A stretch of DNA of 64,000 nucleotides from Amoebidium appalachense (lineage: Eukaryota > Protista > Ichthyosporea): NCBI GenBank assembly GCA_963693365.1, contig CAVNZM010000010.1, forward strand, positions 7,565,794 through 7,629,793, read 5' to 3'. The notes under the pieces are model-generated. The model was not told the origin of the DNA. It did no database searches and was given only the letters and a program-made list of their open reading frames with translations. Position numbers and translations under genes: made by a program. Position 1 is the first letter of the stretch. Every line of letters begins with the position of its first letter. Below are positions 27,064-39,286 of the stretch, in pieces.

Positions 27064-28509
27064 CCCACCCACACCCACACCTTGTGTGCACACCGTTTCG
27101 TCAGCCTTGCCTGTAGCCAGTGACTCCTTGAGAGCACTAGCCCTCCTATGGTAGTCCCCTGCACTGATGCGTCGCCCAGCTGCCTTTTCCAGCTGCTGTT
27201 TGTACTGACTGGCATACCCTCCCTCCTTGCTGTCGTACCCATACTGCTTCTGCAAGAATACAAAGGAGGTTATGGAGTTGCAGTTAGAGCAGTTATGTGC
27301 TGCTACCCCAGGCGCTTTAGGGCTACACAGGGTCTATAAAAAAGATGAAGAAGAATATGGCAACAGACGACTACATTAGACTCCGAAGAGGACCTGTGGT
27401 CTTTTTATACCATATCCCCCACTCCTCCCCCCGCCAAAAAAACCCCTCCCTACAAACCTAGTGCCCCCCCCCCCCCCTCACCCCCCCCCCCCCCCCCCCC
27501 TGCCCCTTCCCCTGCTCCCTCCAGACCCACACACACACGCACACACCCAGTTAGCTCTATCTCTGCTCCCTGTGATGGCCCGTAGCACACCTCCCCCCCC
27601 CCCCCCCCCCCCTCCCCTCCCACCCACCCTCCCCTCCCCCCTCCCCTCCCAATCTCCTTCCCACCCTCCCCCAGCTCCCCTTCTTTCACAAACACATTCC
27701 CGATCGGAAATCTATGGAGCATTCGACTTTCAAACGTGGGAATATTGCTTAATTTCGGTATAGAGTTTGCTAAACATGATCCTTTCTTTATCGTTGTTTA
27801 TGTGCCGTGGCAAATGTGCCGGGAAACGTGAAGGTGGAAAGACGGCGCAAATGAACGTGTATGGCTGGAGCAACAGAGCGGATGAACTTGTGAAGGGTTA
27901 AAGGCCAGGCACACTTGGCAAGTGTATGATGAGGGAATGTGCCAGTAAACATGTGCATGGTCATGAAAGGAGAGAAGCACAAAGCAGGCGGAGTGGTGTG
28001 GCTGGTTGGTGGTTGGAAGATGGTGGTGGTAATAATAATGGTGTGTAGGTGTGTGTGTGGGTGCGTGAGGTTGGGGGGGGGAGGGGGGGGGAAGGAGATG
28101 AGCTGAGGTCCAACATCCATTCCCAAGTTAACAAAGAAAACACACAAAGAGAGATTATGTTGCTCTGAAAGGGCAACACACAGACCCACCTGTAGCTCCT
28201 TGAACTGTCGGTCCACCTCCTCCAGCTTGCTTGTCGTGTTCTCGTGCTCTTGCTGGTGATGGTTGTAAAGAGATAGCAGCACCCAGTCCCCACACTCGGG
28301 GCAGGCAACTCCTGTGTGAAATATTGTGTGCAGGGCGGAATTAATCACAAAGACAATTATTGAAGCGAGAGAAAGGGGTGTAGGCAGAGCACGGGAGAGG
28401 TCTGGTGCATGTGTGTGTGCGCGTGCGCGTGCTGTGTATGTGTGTATATGTGTGTGTTTGCGCTCGCGCGCAAGTGTCTGTGTGTGTGCGCGCGCATGCG
28501 TGTGCTTGT

Positions 28510-28550
<41 letters not shown>

Positions 28551-28559
28551 CGTGTGTGC

Positions 28560-28594
<35 letters not shown>

Positions 28595-29028
28595 CACGTG
28601 CGTGTGTGCGCGCACGTGTGTGTGTGTTGGTGTGTGTGTGCATGCCTGCAAGCGTGCGTGCGTGCGAGCGTTGCGTACGTCCGTGTGTGCATGTGCACTT
28701 GCATAAATGTGTATGAAAAGTGGGGAGGGGGTTCCGAGGGGGTGGGAGGGGGGGGAGGGGGGGGGGGGGCACTTAGAAATAGACACAGGCAAATGTCAAC
28801 AAGCTTGACCAGTTGCTGAGCACTTGTATGGTGCCAAACTCTACACAGAACACAACACTACGGTGACCCATCCCACCAGTTAACACTGCACCCACCTTCC
28901 TCATCCCCATCAGACTGAGGGAGACCTGCTACAGGTGCTGGCGCCGGCGGACCGTCAAAGTGCTCATTTACGTGAGCGGTAAGTAGCACTTCATCCTTTA
29001 TCTCCAAACCACACATAGGACAGCTCAT
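21807..29028 (-). CDS. ZUP1: ZUP1/ZUFSP-family K63 deubiquitinase (peptidase C78 fold) with two N-terminal C2H2/UBZ-like zinc fingers
   Basis: Phase-consistent exons: 29028-28896 (CPMC..H...H), 28311-28190 (CPEC..H...H), 27249-27081 (QYGYD..GGY..DYHRR..ESLA), 26402-26260 ([12 protein letters not shown], catalytic Cys), 25456-25402, 24979-24917 ([15 protein letters not shown]), 24393-24288 ([10 protein letters not shown]), 23624-23540 (DFHKPTG..HPELF), probable 22835-22808, 22715-22608 (PPIYLQHMG) and 22230-22081 ([17 protein letters not shown], catalytic His/Asp). Last exon(s) and stop codon below 22081 are unresolved. Confidence 0.93.
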
Positions 29029-29038
29029 TCTCACTAAA

Positions 29039-29040
<2 letters not shown>

Positions 29041-29104
<64 letters not shown>

Positions 29105-29129
29105 TGTGTGTGCGTGTGTGTGCGTGTGT

Positions 29130-29163
<34 letters not shown>

Positions 29164-29173
29164 CACCGTGTGT

Positions 29174-29222
<49 letters not shown>

Positions 29223-29340
29223 CGTGCGTGTGCGTGTGTGTGTGTGTATGTATGTGTGTGTGTGTGTGTGTGTCACTGTGTGTGTGTGTGTGTGTGTGTT
29301 TTTGTGTGTGTGTGTGCGCGCAAGCGCGTGTGTGTGCGTG
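29041..29340. repeat. ~300-nt (GT)n microsatellite immediately upstream of the ZUP1 start exon
   Basis: Directly visible; it lies in a presumed 5'UTR intron (acceptor TTTTAG just before the ATG exon). Confidence 0.95.
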
Positions 29341-29845
29341 TTGTGTGCGTGTGCGTATGTGTGCCGGCCGCGTGCGTGCGTATCTGTGTGCGTGTGTCTG
29401 TGCGTGTCTGGATGTATGGTCGTGTGTGTGTTTGTGGGTGTTTTCCCACGTGTTTCCGTGTGCGTATAAGCTTATGTGTGCGGTGCTTGTGTCTCATTCA
29501 CCCAGGTATCCTAACCCTATGAAAGCCTGTTACAATACAGGTTAACGCCGAACCCTAGCTACAAAGCCAAACCCGGCAGCTTAGTGGTGGCAACACGATA
29601 AGCCTACCCGGTCACAGTATTTAATAAAGTGGTCAACTCTATCAGCACAGCTCGTCTTTTCTGCAAAACCTATACCCAGGGGGTAGATCCGAGCCAAACT
29701 AGAACCTTGTAGAGGCGATGCCTCGTATACTTTCCCGCCTACGTATGCTTTAGAAGAAATAAAAACGCAACATCAGCGCAAGTAGCTCGTGAAGTAACTT
29801 CTGACTGAGACTGACAAAAGTTTAGTTTGAGCTTGGAAAGTGAAA

Positions 29846-29901
29846 GCGCGCCAATATTTTAGGACAGCCAATCAGAGCACAATGACATGATCGTGACGTA
29901 A
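29846..29901. promoter_or_regulatory. Probable ZUP1 promoter: E2F-like, CCAAT and CRE-like sites
   Basis: GCGCGCCAAT 29846-29855, GCCAATCAG 29867-29875, TGACGTAA 29894-29901. Confidence 0.45.
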
Positions 29902-32299
29902 CTAGGCTGTGGGCCATGGCAGTGCGCCTATGCCAGCATGACATGTATCTACTGCCAGCGTGCAAATCTTGTGATGTATCTACATTGCAGCCGTCTGGAG
30001 CCGTGATGTCTGCCGGTGTGTTGAGCGTTGTCACGTACCCTTTGCCGCCGAATCCCTCCCCTCCCTCCCCCCTCCCCCCCCCCCCCCCCCCCCCCCCCCC
30101 CCACCACCAACACCACCACCACACACATTCATACCCCCAACTCCTCCCCCTTCCCCTCCCCCCTTCAACCCCGCTTCCCCCCCCACACCTCACCCCATTC
30201 AACCCGCCCTTAACACAAAAGCACCCACGTTCACGCACACAGTGGCGTTTGGATGTCGATCTCTCCTCAGGCTGGCAGAGGGCTTAAATACAGTACATGT
30301 TCCACCAGTTTCACTACCAAAGAGCTCTTGCTTTTTGCGGTCTCCCTATCCTATCTTTTTCCCGGCACACTCTGAGTGTCATTTTCCCGAAACGGTTGGC
30401 ACGGTGGCCTAGTCTCACCTACGGTTTGTCTCTTTTTACATGGCACGTGCCTGCACACTTTGCCTGTTTCCAGGCTTCAACTCCTCGTTCCCATCTTGGA
30501 TCTCAACGGGCACATGTTTATGATTACCTCAGCAGCGGCCGCACTGCTACAGAAGTAACTTACTGTCGATGCCTATGTAGTTTCAGGTCGCCGTGTTTAA
30601 ATTGCATTGCAGCCACAGAACAGGCAATTGAGCACGCTCCCATGAAGTTTCGTGAAAATAAAAGCACCCTTTTGCAGGCAGGATCTTAAGCTATAAGCAT
30701 CATGCCCAATAACATAGGTCGCCCTTCGAAATATGGCAACCTACTAAGGCACACACGCATGTGACTTCACACACTGCATCCACGTGTTTTCACCTACAAA
30801 CCCACGCACGCACGGACGGACCCATGCATGTACGCACGTACACACAGACGGACATGCGCTTATGCACACGTCCGGCAATGCACGAATGCACTTACCACAT
30901 CGTCAAACATGCGGCACTCGATCACACACCACTTGCACGTACTCACGCATATAAACCCACACGTACGCATGCACGACACCCACACATCCATACACACCCA
31001 CAAATACACACGCACACACGTTAAGGTTTTTTTACAATGGCATTTTTTTTTTATTCAGACACTGGACCCCGGCTCCTTCTTCCCCCTCCCCCCCCTCCCC
31101 CCCCCCCCCCCCGCCCCACCCCTACCCCCCCCCATACACACACACACCCGCCCCTTCCCCCAGGTCCTTCCCCTCCCCCCTCCCCCCCCCCTCCCCCCCC
31201 CCCCCCCCCCCCAACCCCACCCCCAACAAACCGTCATGACTATGCCTGTCTCCTTGTACGTGAATGTACGTGTGTTTTGCAAAGCCTTTGGAACCCTGCG
31301 GGAGGAGTCAACACATGTGTGCGTGTGTGCGCGTGGGTGGGGGGGGGGGGGGAGAGGGGGGGGATATGGAAGAAGGTGACACTGCTCAGTGCAACATGGC
31401 CCAGCCTCGAGGCGAGCCTCGCGCGCGAGATTTTAGAAAGAAAAGAGGGGGGGGGGGGGAGGGGGGGGGTGTTGGAGTGCAGACTTACGCTCACTCCACA
31501 ATATGTGTATGTTAGCTTTACAATTGGTTCCGTGTACACAGACACACGCTGACACTCGATCACCACATGCACATCTGCATAGTTGAGGAATGTTGCCAAT
31601 TGTGTTTTGACTGCAAACGATTGGTTCACTGGTCCCAGAGATCTCTAAATGAAAGTAACCAATCCGATTAGCGCCTGGCATCCGGATTACATTCCAGACT
31701 GCTGCCCCACGGGTATATAAACCACGGCTCTGCCAGGTGCAGAAATGGAGTTCAGTCATGGAGTTAACACACTGAAAGCAGTAAAAAACGGGTCAGCGCC
31801 CAAGCGCGCCACGACGACCCTAGTCACAGCGGACTCTACTTCCAACAGGGGGAACCGAAGATGATAGTACGGTGGATGCTTGGAGGGGTGAGGACCGTTC
31901 TCTAAGTGCATATACACAATGTGGGCAGGGGGGGGGGGAGAAGGAGTTGGTAGGCAGCGGAGCAGGAGACTCTTGGTCCAAAATCCAAGCCGCGAGTATT
32001 GAAGAATCTCGGAAACGGGACGGGGGGAGGGGGTGGGGGTGGGGAGGGGAGGGGGGGGGGAGGGAAGGGTACAATGGCGCCATGACGAGCTCGGAAAGAA
32101 ATTTAAAGTGGGTAGATCGTGATCGATCTGATCCCAGAGTATTGTGGCAGCTCACTTTATTACGTATCACTGTATACATAATCGATATCCGATGCACTCA
32201 TTTTGCTGCAAAAATAAAACCAGCAGGTATATACGTACACACAAAGTATCTTCCACATATGCCATCATCAATATATATTGATAAAACCCGGCATACCTG

Positions 32300-35200
32300 C
32301 TAATAAAAACGTTGAGCCTCCCCATCCTCACCCAGAGCTAGCACCATCCTCTGGGCCAAGCGCCCAACAGAAGGAGACTTGCACAGAGACAGTACAGCGT
32401 CCCTCCATGCAGGGTAGATTCTGCCTGTGCCCATCTTCCTCGTGGCATCTTCCCTGGCCCGGGGTTTCACCTCACTCAGAAGCCCCAAAGCCAGTAGGGG
32501 GGTCATGTGGTGGCGCGTGTCTGCCGCCAACCCTTGTGCTCTTGTAATGCACCAAAGGGCCCTCTCCTCAGCTCCCACCAAGACGGGAGCAAACAACAGC
32601 ATTGCTCTGTGCAGCAACGGCATGGCAGACTGCAGGGTGGCAGGTCCAAGACTGCCTGCCTCACCCAGCCACACCACGGCGGCATCAATGAGCTGCTGAG
32701 TGCTCGCACTGCCACCTCGCATGCTGCCAGCACGCAGCAGTACACACTCCTCCCACAGGCCTGCCCACCCACCAAGCATGTCGGCAACCCTTGCAGCCAG
32801 CTGGGCTATACCTGGAGGGGGGTAGATGGTGTCCGTGACAGACTCCACCAGAATCTGCACCAATTTCACCACACAAGTGTTGCTGCCGCCACCTTGAGGC
32901 ACCCCAGCCGGTTTTGGCATGTTTTCAAGGGCGGTGCAGTAGTCAATGTCAGTGCCGGCACTCCCCAACAGCATGGTGAGCAGACCCTCAACCGCCGCAT
33001 GCAAGGTGGGCGAGGTTTGCTGGTCCACACCAGAGGCTCCCTCCAATGGGCGCAGGCACACCCGTAGTGGCGACCATGCTAGTGACGTAGGACTCATATC
33101 GGCCACCAGCACATCCGCAAGCAGGGTTGGAATGGTGCTGCTACCCAGCGCAGTGAGGCACCAATTGGTCAGTGCTGTCTCTGCAGCGTCGGCCAGATCC
33201 AATCTTGTGAGGTGGGGGGTCCACAGTGCCCTGATCAGGTCAGTCAGGCACCGTAGGTAGAGGCCCTGCATGTCTGGGCCCACTTGATGGCTCCGTACGC
33301 CAAGCATAGCCCGCAGCATGCGCACGGCCCACACTCCCTTGTCTGCATTTGCAGGCTGGGCTAGCCGAGCCTGGTCTGGCTCAACATCCTCCCCACTGCC
33401 TGTGTCAAGATCGCCTTCGCCATCGTCATTGCCAGCGCCAGCGCCATCACCATCGCCATCGCCATCTGCATCTTCCGACCGGCCCACCAACTGGCTGCCA
33501 CCAATACTGCCATCTGGTGCCGAGGGCACATAGAGGATAATGTCGTGCTGCAGTGCCTCCAGCTGGGCCAGGAACTGTGGGTCGGCGGCCAGAGAGCCGC
33601 GCAGCAGCAGCTGCAGCAGCACAGCCGCCTGAATGTCGCGGTGCACGGCCGGGTTCCCCAGCATGCCCACCACCGTGGCCAGGGCCGTGCCGTGGCCGTG
33701 CTGGGCCAGCAGGGAGGCCAGCATCTTGCGCACACTCACCCCCTGTGCACGCGGCAGCGCCTCAAACAGCAGCGACTGGAAGGCCGAGAGCTGGACGTGG
33801 TGGTGGGCGGTGAGGAGCATGCGGCGCACAGCAAACAGCAGCATGCTGGTGACCTTGCCCCATGTCGGGTTGAGCAGGGTGTCCACGGCACACTGCAGCA
33901 CAACCAGTGGCCGGTCCAACCTTGCCATGCTGAGGAGCGCCGCTGCGTGGGTGCTGATAGTGGGCATGGGTGCCATCTCGGTGTCTGTTGATGTGGGGGG
34001 TACCGGCCGGGGAAGGAAGGGCTCAAAGGTAGTCATGTTACTGCACAGTAGCCCACCGAGGGTAGCCATGGCCGAATGCACCACGTAGCCAGCCTGGCTG
34101 CCACGGCCATACGTGCTGAGCACACGGTAGGCAATCTGTGGATTGGGGCCATCCGTTACGTTTTCAGCCAAAGCCGCCACCTGGGCCAACAGCAGCCTGG
34201 CATAAGTCTGCTCGTGGGCCGGAAGCCACATGTGGGTGCTGGTAGGTCCCCGCATGGTGGGCACGGTGCTGCGGGCCTCCATGATGCCCAGCACGGGCCC
34301 TAGCAGTTGCTGCTGCTGCCGCCGCACGTGCTGGAACACAGCCCGGCTGGCCCCCAGCCAGTGGCCAGCCCCGACCAGCCGGGCTACACGCTGGCTGCGC
34401 TCAGGCTCAGGCACCTGCCGGCCGATGTAGCAACCCAGTAGGGAACACACCATGTCGACATAACTCACACTGTACCCTGCTGGTGGCCCTTCATAGTTGG
34501 TGTTCGAGTCCAGGTCCCAGCTCTGGGTGTTGGACGAGGGATGGATTGTGATGCAGTCATCTATGGCCTTCTCCACCAGCACCATAATAGACCCATACAT
34601 GTGGGCCTCCTCCCCAAGAACCTCAACCATCCGGTAGAGGTCGTGGTAGGCCTTAACATATGCCTCCCTTACAACAGCACCGGGTGACCCTGCCGAGGTG
34701 CACTCCATGTCACCACCTTCACCATAGCTGCTCTCAGCACCTGCCGGTATGGGCTGGGCAACTCCTTGCAGGAGAAAGGGTCGCAGGCCCTCACACCGTG
34801 CTTGCATGATGGGTACGTTGATATCTATCGCCACTTGCTCGATTGTGCGTTGGAGAGGTGTCGTCTTGGTGTTGCGGTTGAACAGCCGGCCGAACACAAC
34901 ACCCCCGTCGATGATGTGTATGTCCTGGTAGGGCATATACACGTAGTCAATGCCCTTACACACGCTGTGAAGTTGGCGAATCAACTGCGTAACTAGAAGC
35001 AGGCGGTTGCGGATATGCGTGGTTTGGTCCGTCTCTGTCGTCGAGAATCGAGGAAGGGTGGATGCAATCGCGGATAAAAACCCCAAGGTGCTGAAATTTA
35101 CTGCTGCACTCCCAGAAAATACGGCCTGGCACAGAAGACCCGCGAAGGTCTCCAGTGTGCCGTAGTGCCGTTCATCCCATAGCCACCCCGGTACTGCGGT

Positions 35201-38200
35201 TGCTCCATCTCCCGTTTCCACTCTGTTTGGTAATCATCATTAGCAGGGTGCTAGCGCTTTGCTTTTTCCTTTTTTGGTTATAGACTAACTGTTCTAATTT
35301 CTTTTGACAGTTTTAAGTGTCTACCAACTAACAACACATAGAATGTATGAATGCTGTGGATTCCGTCCGGGGGGTGGACGAGGAGGAGGAGGAGGAGAAG
35401 GGTGGGGGTGGGTGGGTGGGTGGGTGGGTGGGTGGGGGGAGGGGGGGTGGGGCTGTGAGCCAGTGAGAGACGAAGAGAGCTCGGGAACTAGTAAGCCTGC
35501 TATTAAGGCAAAGAGCAGGCGTGTGGAAGGGATTGAAGCTGAGTGAGCAAGTGAGTGAGTGAGTGAGTGACTGTACATGTGTGTAGTGTTGTTGTGTGTT
35601 GTGGGTCTTTTTATTTTGGTGTTCTCTGTTGTGGGTATGATTTATTGTGCTACCAGCAGTGGTAGAAGGTGTAGAAGGTAAAGGGAGGAGGAGAGCCGGG
35701 AGGAGGGGGGAGGGGGGAGGGGGGGAATCCAACAGACATTGAAGATGCAAAAAGGGGAAGAGGGGCCAGGGTCTTTGGGGAGGAAGAGAACTGGGGGGGC
35801 GGGCTCTAGGGAAGAGGGGGGGGGGGGGGGGGGGGAGAAGACAAAACGGGGCAGACAGATAATTCCAAAAACAATAGCACACGCATGTACACACAATACC
35901 CAAGCACAGCGTAAACGAGTATGGTAAGAGAGATGCAAAAAAGAGCCAGGCCATCCTGATAGCACGAGCCACTGGTTTAACAGCAGGGAAAGACGGGGAG
36001 CCGGGGGGGGGAGGGGGGGGGGGGGGGGGAGGGGGGAGGGGAGGGGGGTACGGGGAGCCAGTTAGAGAAACAGGTGGGGAATGGGATGTGAAGGGGGGGG
36101 GGGGGGGGGGGGGGGGGGACGAGACCAGGAAGGTAGTATTGTGAGACTTATGCAAGATAGAAGAGATGGGAGGAAGGGGTGGAGGGGGCCGGGGGGGGGG
36201 GGGGGGGGGGGGGAGGGGGAGGGGTTGGAGAAGGGGGGATGATGGACAGAGGGAGGGAGGGGGAAGGGAGGAAGGGAAGGAGGGTGAGGGGAACGGGGGC
36301 GGGGAGGGTTGGGGAGAGGGCAAGGTGGAGAGGTGGGGGAAGAGAGGGGCAGAGGGGGGGGGGGGGAGGGGGGGAGGGGGGGGAGAGAGAGAGGGAGGGA
36401 GGGAGGGAGGGAGGGAGGGAGGGAGGGAGAAAGGGAGAGAGAAGGAGGGAGAATGCGAAAGTACACCATCATAGTTCAATACCCAAAACACAACATAAAG
36501 GGCACAGCATGAGAAACTACTACAACCCGGCCCATAATACGAACACGAGCCAAGGATTTGACGACAAGAGCTGGAGAAAAGCAGGGCCCCGCACGCGGGG
36601 GAGAAGGGCCTGGGGAAGATGCAGGGGGGGGGGGGGGGGGGGGGAGGTGAGGGGGAAGGGGAGAGGATGGGGGGAGGGGGGGATGGGGGAGAGGGGGATG
36701 GATGAGGGTAGCAAGGAGGAGGCTGGCCGGTTGGGGGATGGGGGGGGCGGGGCGGCAGGGGGGGAGGGGGGCGGTGGGGAGGGGGGGTACAATCAGACCC
36801 TGCAGGTCGGGGTGGGACGGAGGAGAGCAAAGTGACAGATGGGGGCAGGGGACAGGGAGGAGGGGGTGGGTCAAGGAAGTAGGAGAGCAAGAATTAAGAA
36901 GGAAGAGATGCAAGGGCCGGGATGGCCGGGAGAGGGGGGGGGGGGGGGGGGGGGGGAGGGGAGGGGGGGGGGGGGGGGGGGGGGAGGGGGGGGGGGGGCA
37001 TACATCACTGTAGGGTCATTTGCAAAGCGCTGGCAGACGTAGGTGAGGGCATCCAGGAGGGCAATAGGGTCACGGTCACAGGCAGCCACGGTGAAGAGGG
37101 CACGCACATAGGTGGCACGGGTGGTGGCCTCGGGGTTGGTCTCGGCCATGTGTTTGTATGTTGGAGACAGCCTGGCATACCTGCATAACCAATGTTAGCG
37201 GGAAAACAACAGTCGTTGATAAATAAAATGTGTGCTGTATTCAATACTCCCTTTAGATGTGTAGATTGGTTCCTGAACAAGCAAAAGGGAGTCAACCCAG
37301 GTCTACAATGTTTGATGTTACACAGGGTTACAAGAGGGTGTACAAATCATGTATGCAGCAAAAACAATCTCCAGGCATACACACGTACACACCCCTCACA
37401 CACTGCAATTTGCAACACTTACCCCAAATACTTGCTCAGGTTCCCCGCCAAGTCACTTTGTTCCTTGACATTTGGGTCAGCAAGCAACCTCTCTGCCTCA
37501 GTTCGCCTATAGTCTCCAGGCAGCAGGGCTAGAAACTGTGCCGCATCCATCTTGGGCCTGCCCTGGAAAAGCGCCTCGTATACCCTAACCCTGTCAGCCA
37601 CCCTCAGGCCCTTCATGGCCTGAAAGAACTCACTGCCCTCGCAGCAACCCAATTCACCCTCCTCGTAGAATGGCCGGTAGTGACCAATCACCTGCTCAAC
37701 CGTCCATCCAGCTCGTGGCCTACGTCTGGGCTTGTCTTGTTTCTGTGCCGACACCTTGCCCAGTGACGTCAGAGGTGCAAGTAGACCTGGACGCCGGGCC
37801 AGACGATCCCATTTGACGGAATGAAATGAAACACAGGCGGGAAGATGGGCTAGAACCACGTCGGTAGAGCACCCGTACAGAAGTGGTGATGCTTCCTCAA
37901 TGCCATATCTGGGTTGGTTTTCATGTATGGGTAAGTGTGTGTTTTGGGGTTTGTGGATAATATAGTGGCATTTAACTGAGGCACACAGAGAAACAGGTGA
38001 AAAACGGGATGGGGAGAGAAGGTAGGAGTTTGGGGGGGGGGGGGGGGGGGGGGGGGGAGCGAGGGGGGAGGGGGGAGAGGGGAGGGCAGGGAATGGAGGG
38101 GTTTGCAAACGTGTGGCGGGAGTGAGTTTGGGAAACCCAGTACCACAAACGAGTAAGTGAGGGTGGGGGTGGAAGCGCAAGCAAAAACAATCGAGCGTGC

Positions 38201-39243
38201 ATCAGGAGTCCATGGAAAAATGCTGCCTTTCCGATTACCCACCAACCCCCTTCCCACCTCAGGGGAAGGGGCCAGGGAGGGGAGGGCGTGGGGAGGGAGA
38301 GGGGGTGGGGGGAGGGGGGGGGGGGGGGGGCAGAGGGGAGTGGGGAAGCGAGGCATGGGGGGATTGAGAGGGAGGTTGGGAATGAGATGAAAGGGGGGGG
38401 GGGGGGGGGAGGAGGTGGGGAAAGGAGGCAAGGGGGGGGGGGGGGGGGGGGGGAAGGGGGAGAGGGGGGGAGAGATGGGAAATAGGTTGGAAGGACAATC
38501 GGACACGATGGGAAGGGGGAGGACGGGATGACAGCCCGAAGAGGGGGGGGGGGGGGAGGCAGTGTTCAAGGTTCGGGCAGACAATCAAAGGCGAACAATT
38601 AGGGTCAGAGTCTGGAATGGCATAAAATTAAAGCGAGGGAAAACTGGTGCCATACCCCCGTGCCAAAGCCGGGAAGGAATGAGGGGAAGGGGGTGAATTG
38701 CAAGCACGCCAGGCAGGGGGGAGGGGGGGGGGGAAGGGTTTGAATGCGGAACACGGTACGAAGTATGCATACACGAAGGACACATGCAAAGGCAAACATC
38801 AAAGCATGCAACATAGCCATGCGTACAGTGTGCGTCATAAGCAGAGCCCATCCTCAGGGAGGGCCCAAGTCATCAATTGCGTCTGAGTTTCGACCCCTTA
38901 GCCCGCGTATATCCGACTGTCCAACTCAGACAGCAGCATCAACTGAACTTGGGCGGGTCAACCCGTCTTGATCAAAGACGGGCAGGGTTGATTATGCAAG
39001 CAAGGTGAGCAAAACGGTGAATATGTGTGTGCAAACTAATGCAGTGCAGCGAAAAATGTGTATGTGCTTACAGATGCACAACACAGAGCAACCATGCCCG
39101 GTTGCATGGAAGTAAAGCGGTCTCCACACAGTGGTCTGTCCTGAAAGGACACCTCTGAAAGAAGACTGGGGGGGTTTGAATGCGGAACACGGTACGAAGT
39201 ACGCATACACGAAGGACACATGCAAAGGCAAACATCAAGGTAT

Positions 39244-39286
<43 letters not shown>

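Noticed and set aside
29505-29560. CTAACCCTA/AACCCTAG as interstitial telomeric repeats
   Set aside because: Only isolated single units, no array.
38736-38750. GGTTTGAATGC as a tRNA B-box (tRNA or tRNA-SINE)
   Set aside because: Two mismatches including the invariant C, no conserved upstream A-box, and no cloverleaf.
38790-38880. Box C/D snoRNA reading of the repeat (TGATGA..CTGA on the host-sense strand)
   Set aside because: The terminal D box is not conserved among copies, the putative guide varies, and most copies lack the C box.
38846-38931. Hammerhead ribozyme in the dispersed repeat (minus strand has CTGAGGA and GAAAC with a pairing stem)
   Set aside because: CUGANGA lies outside the GAAA-closed junction and no stem II links them in either copy; the core is incomplete.
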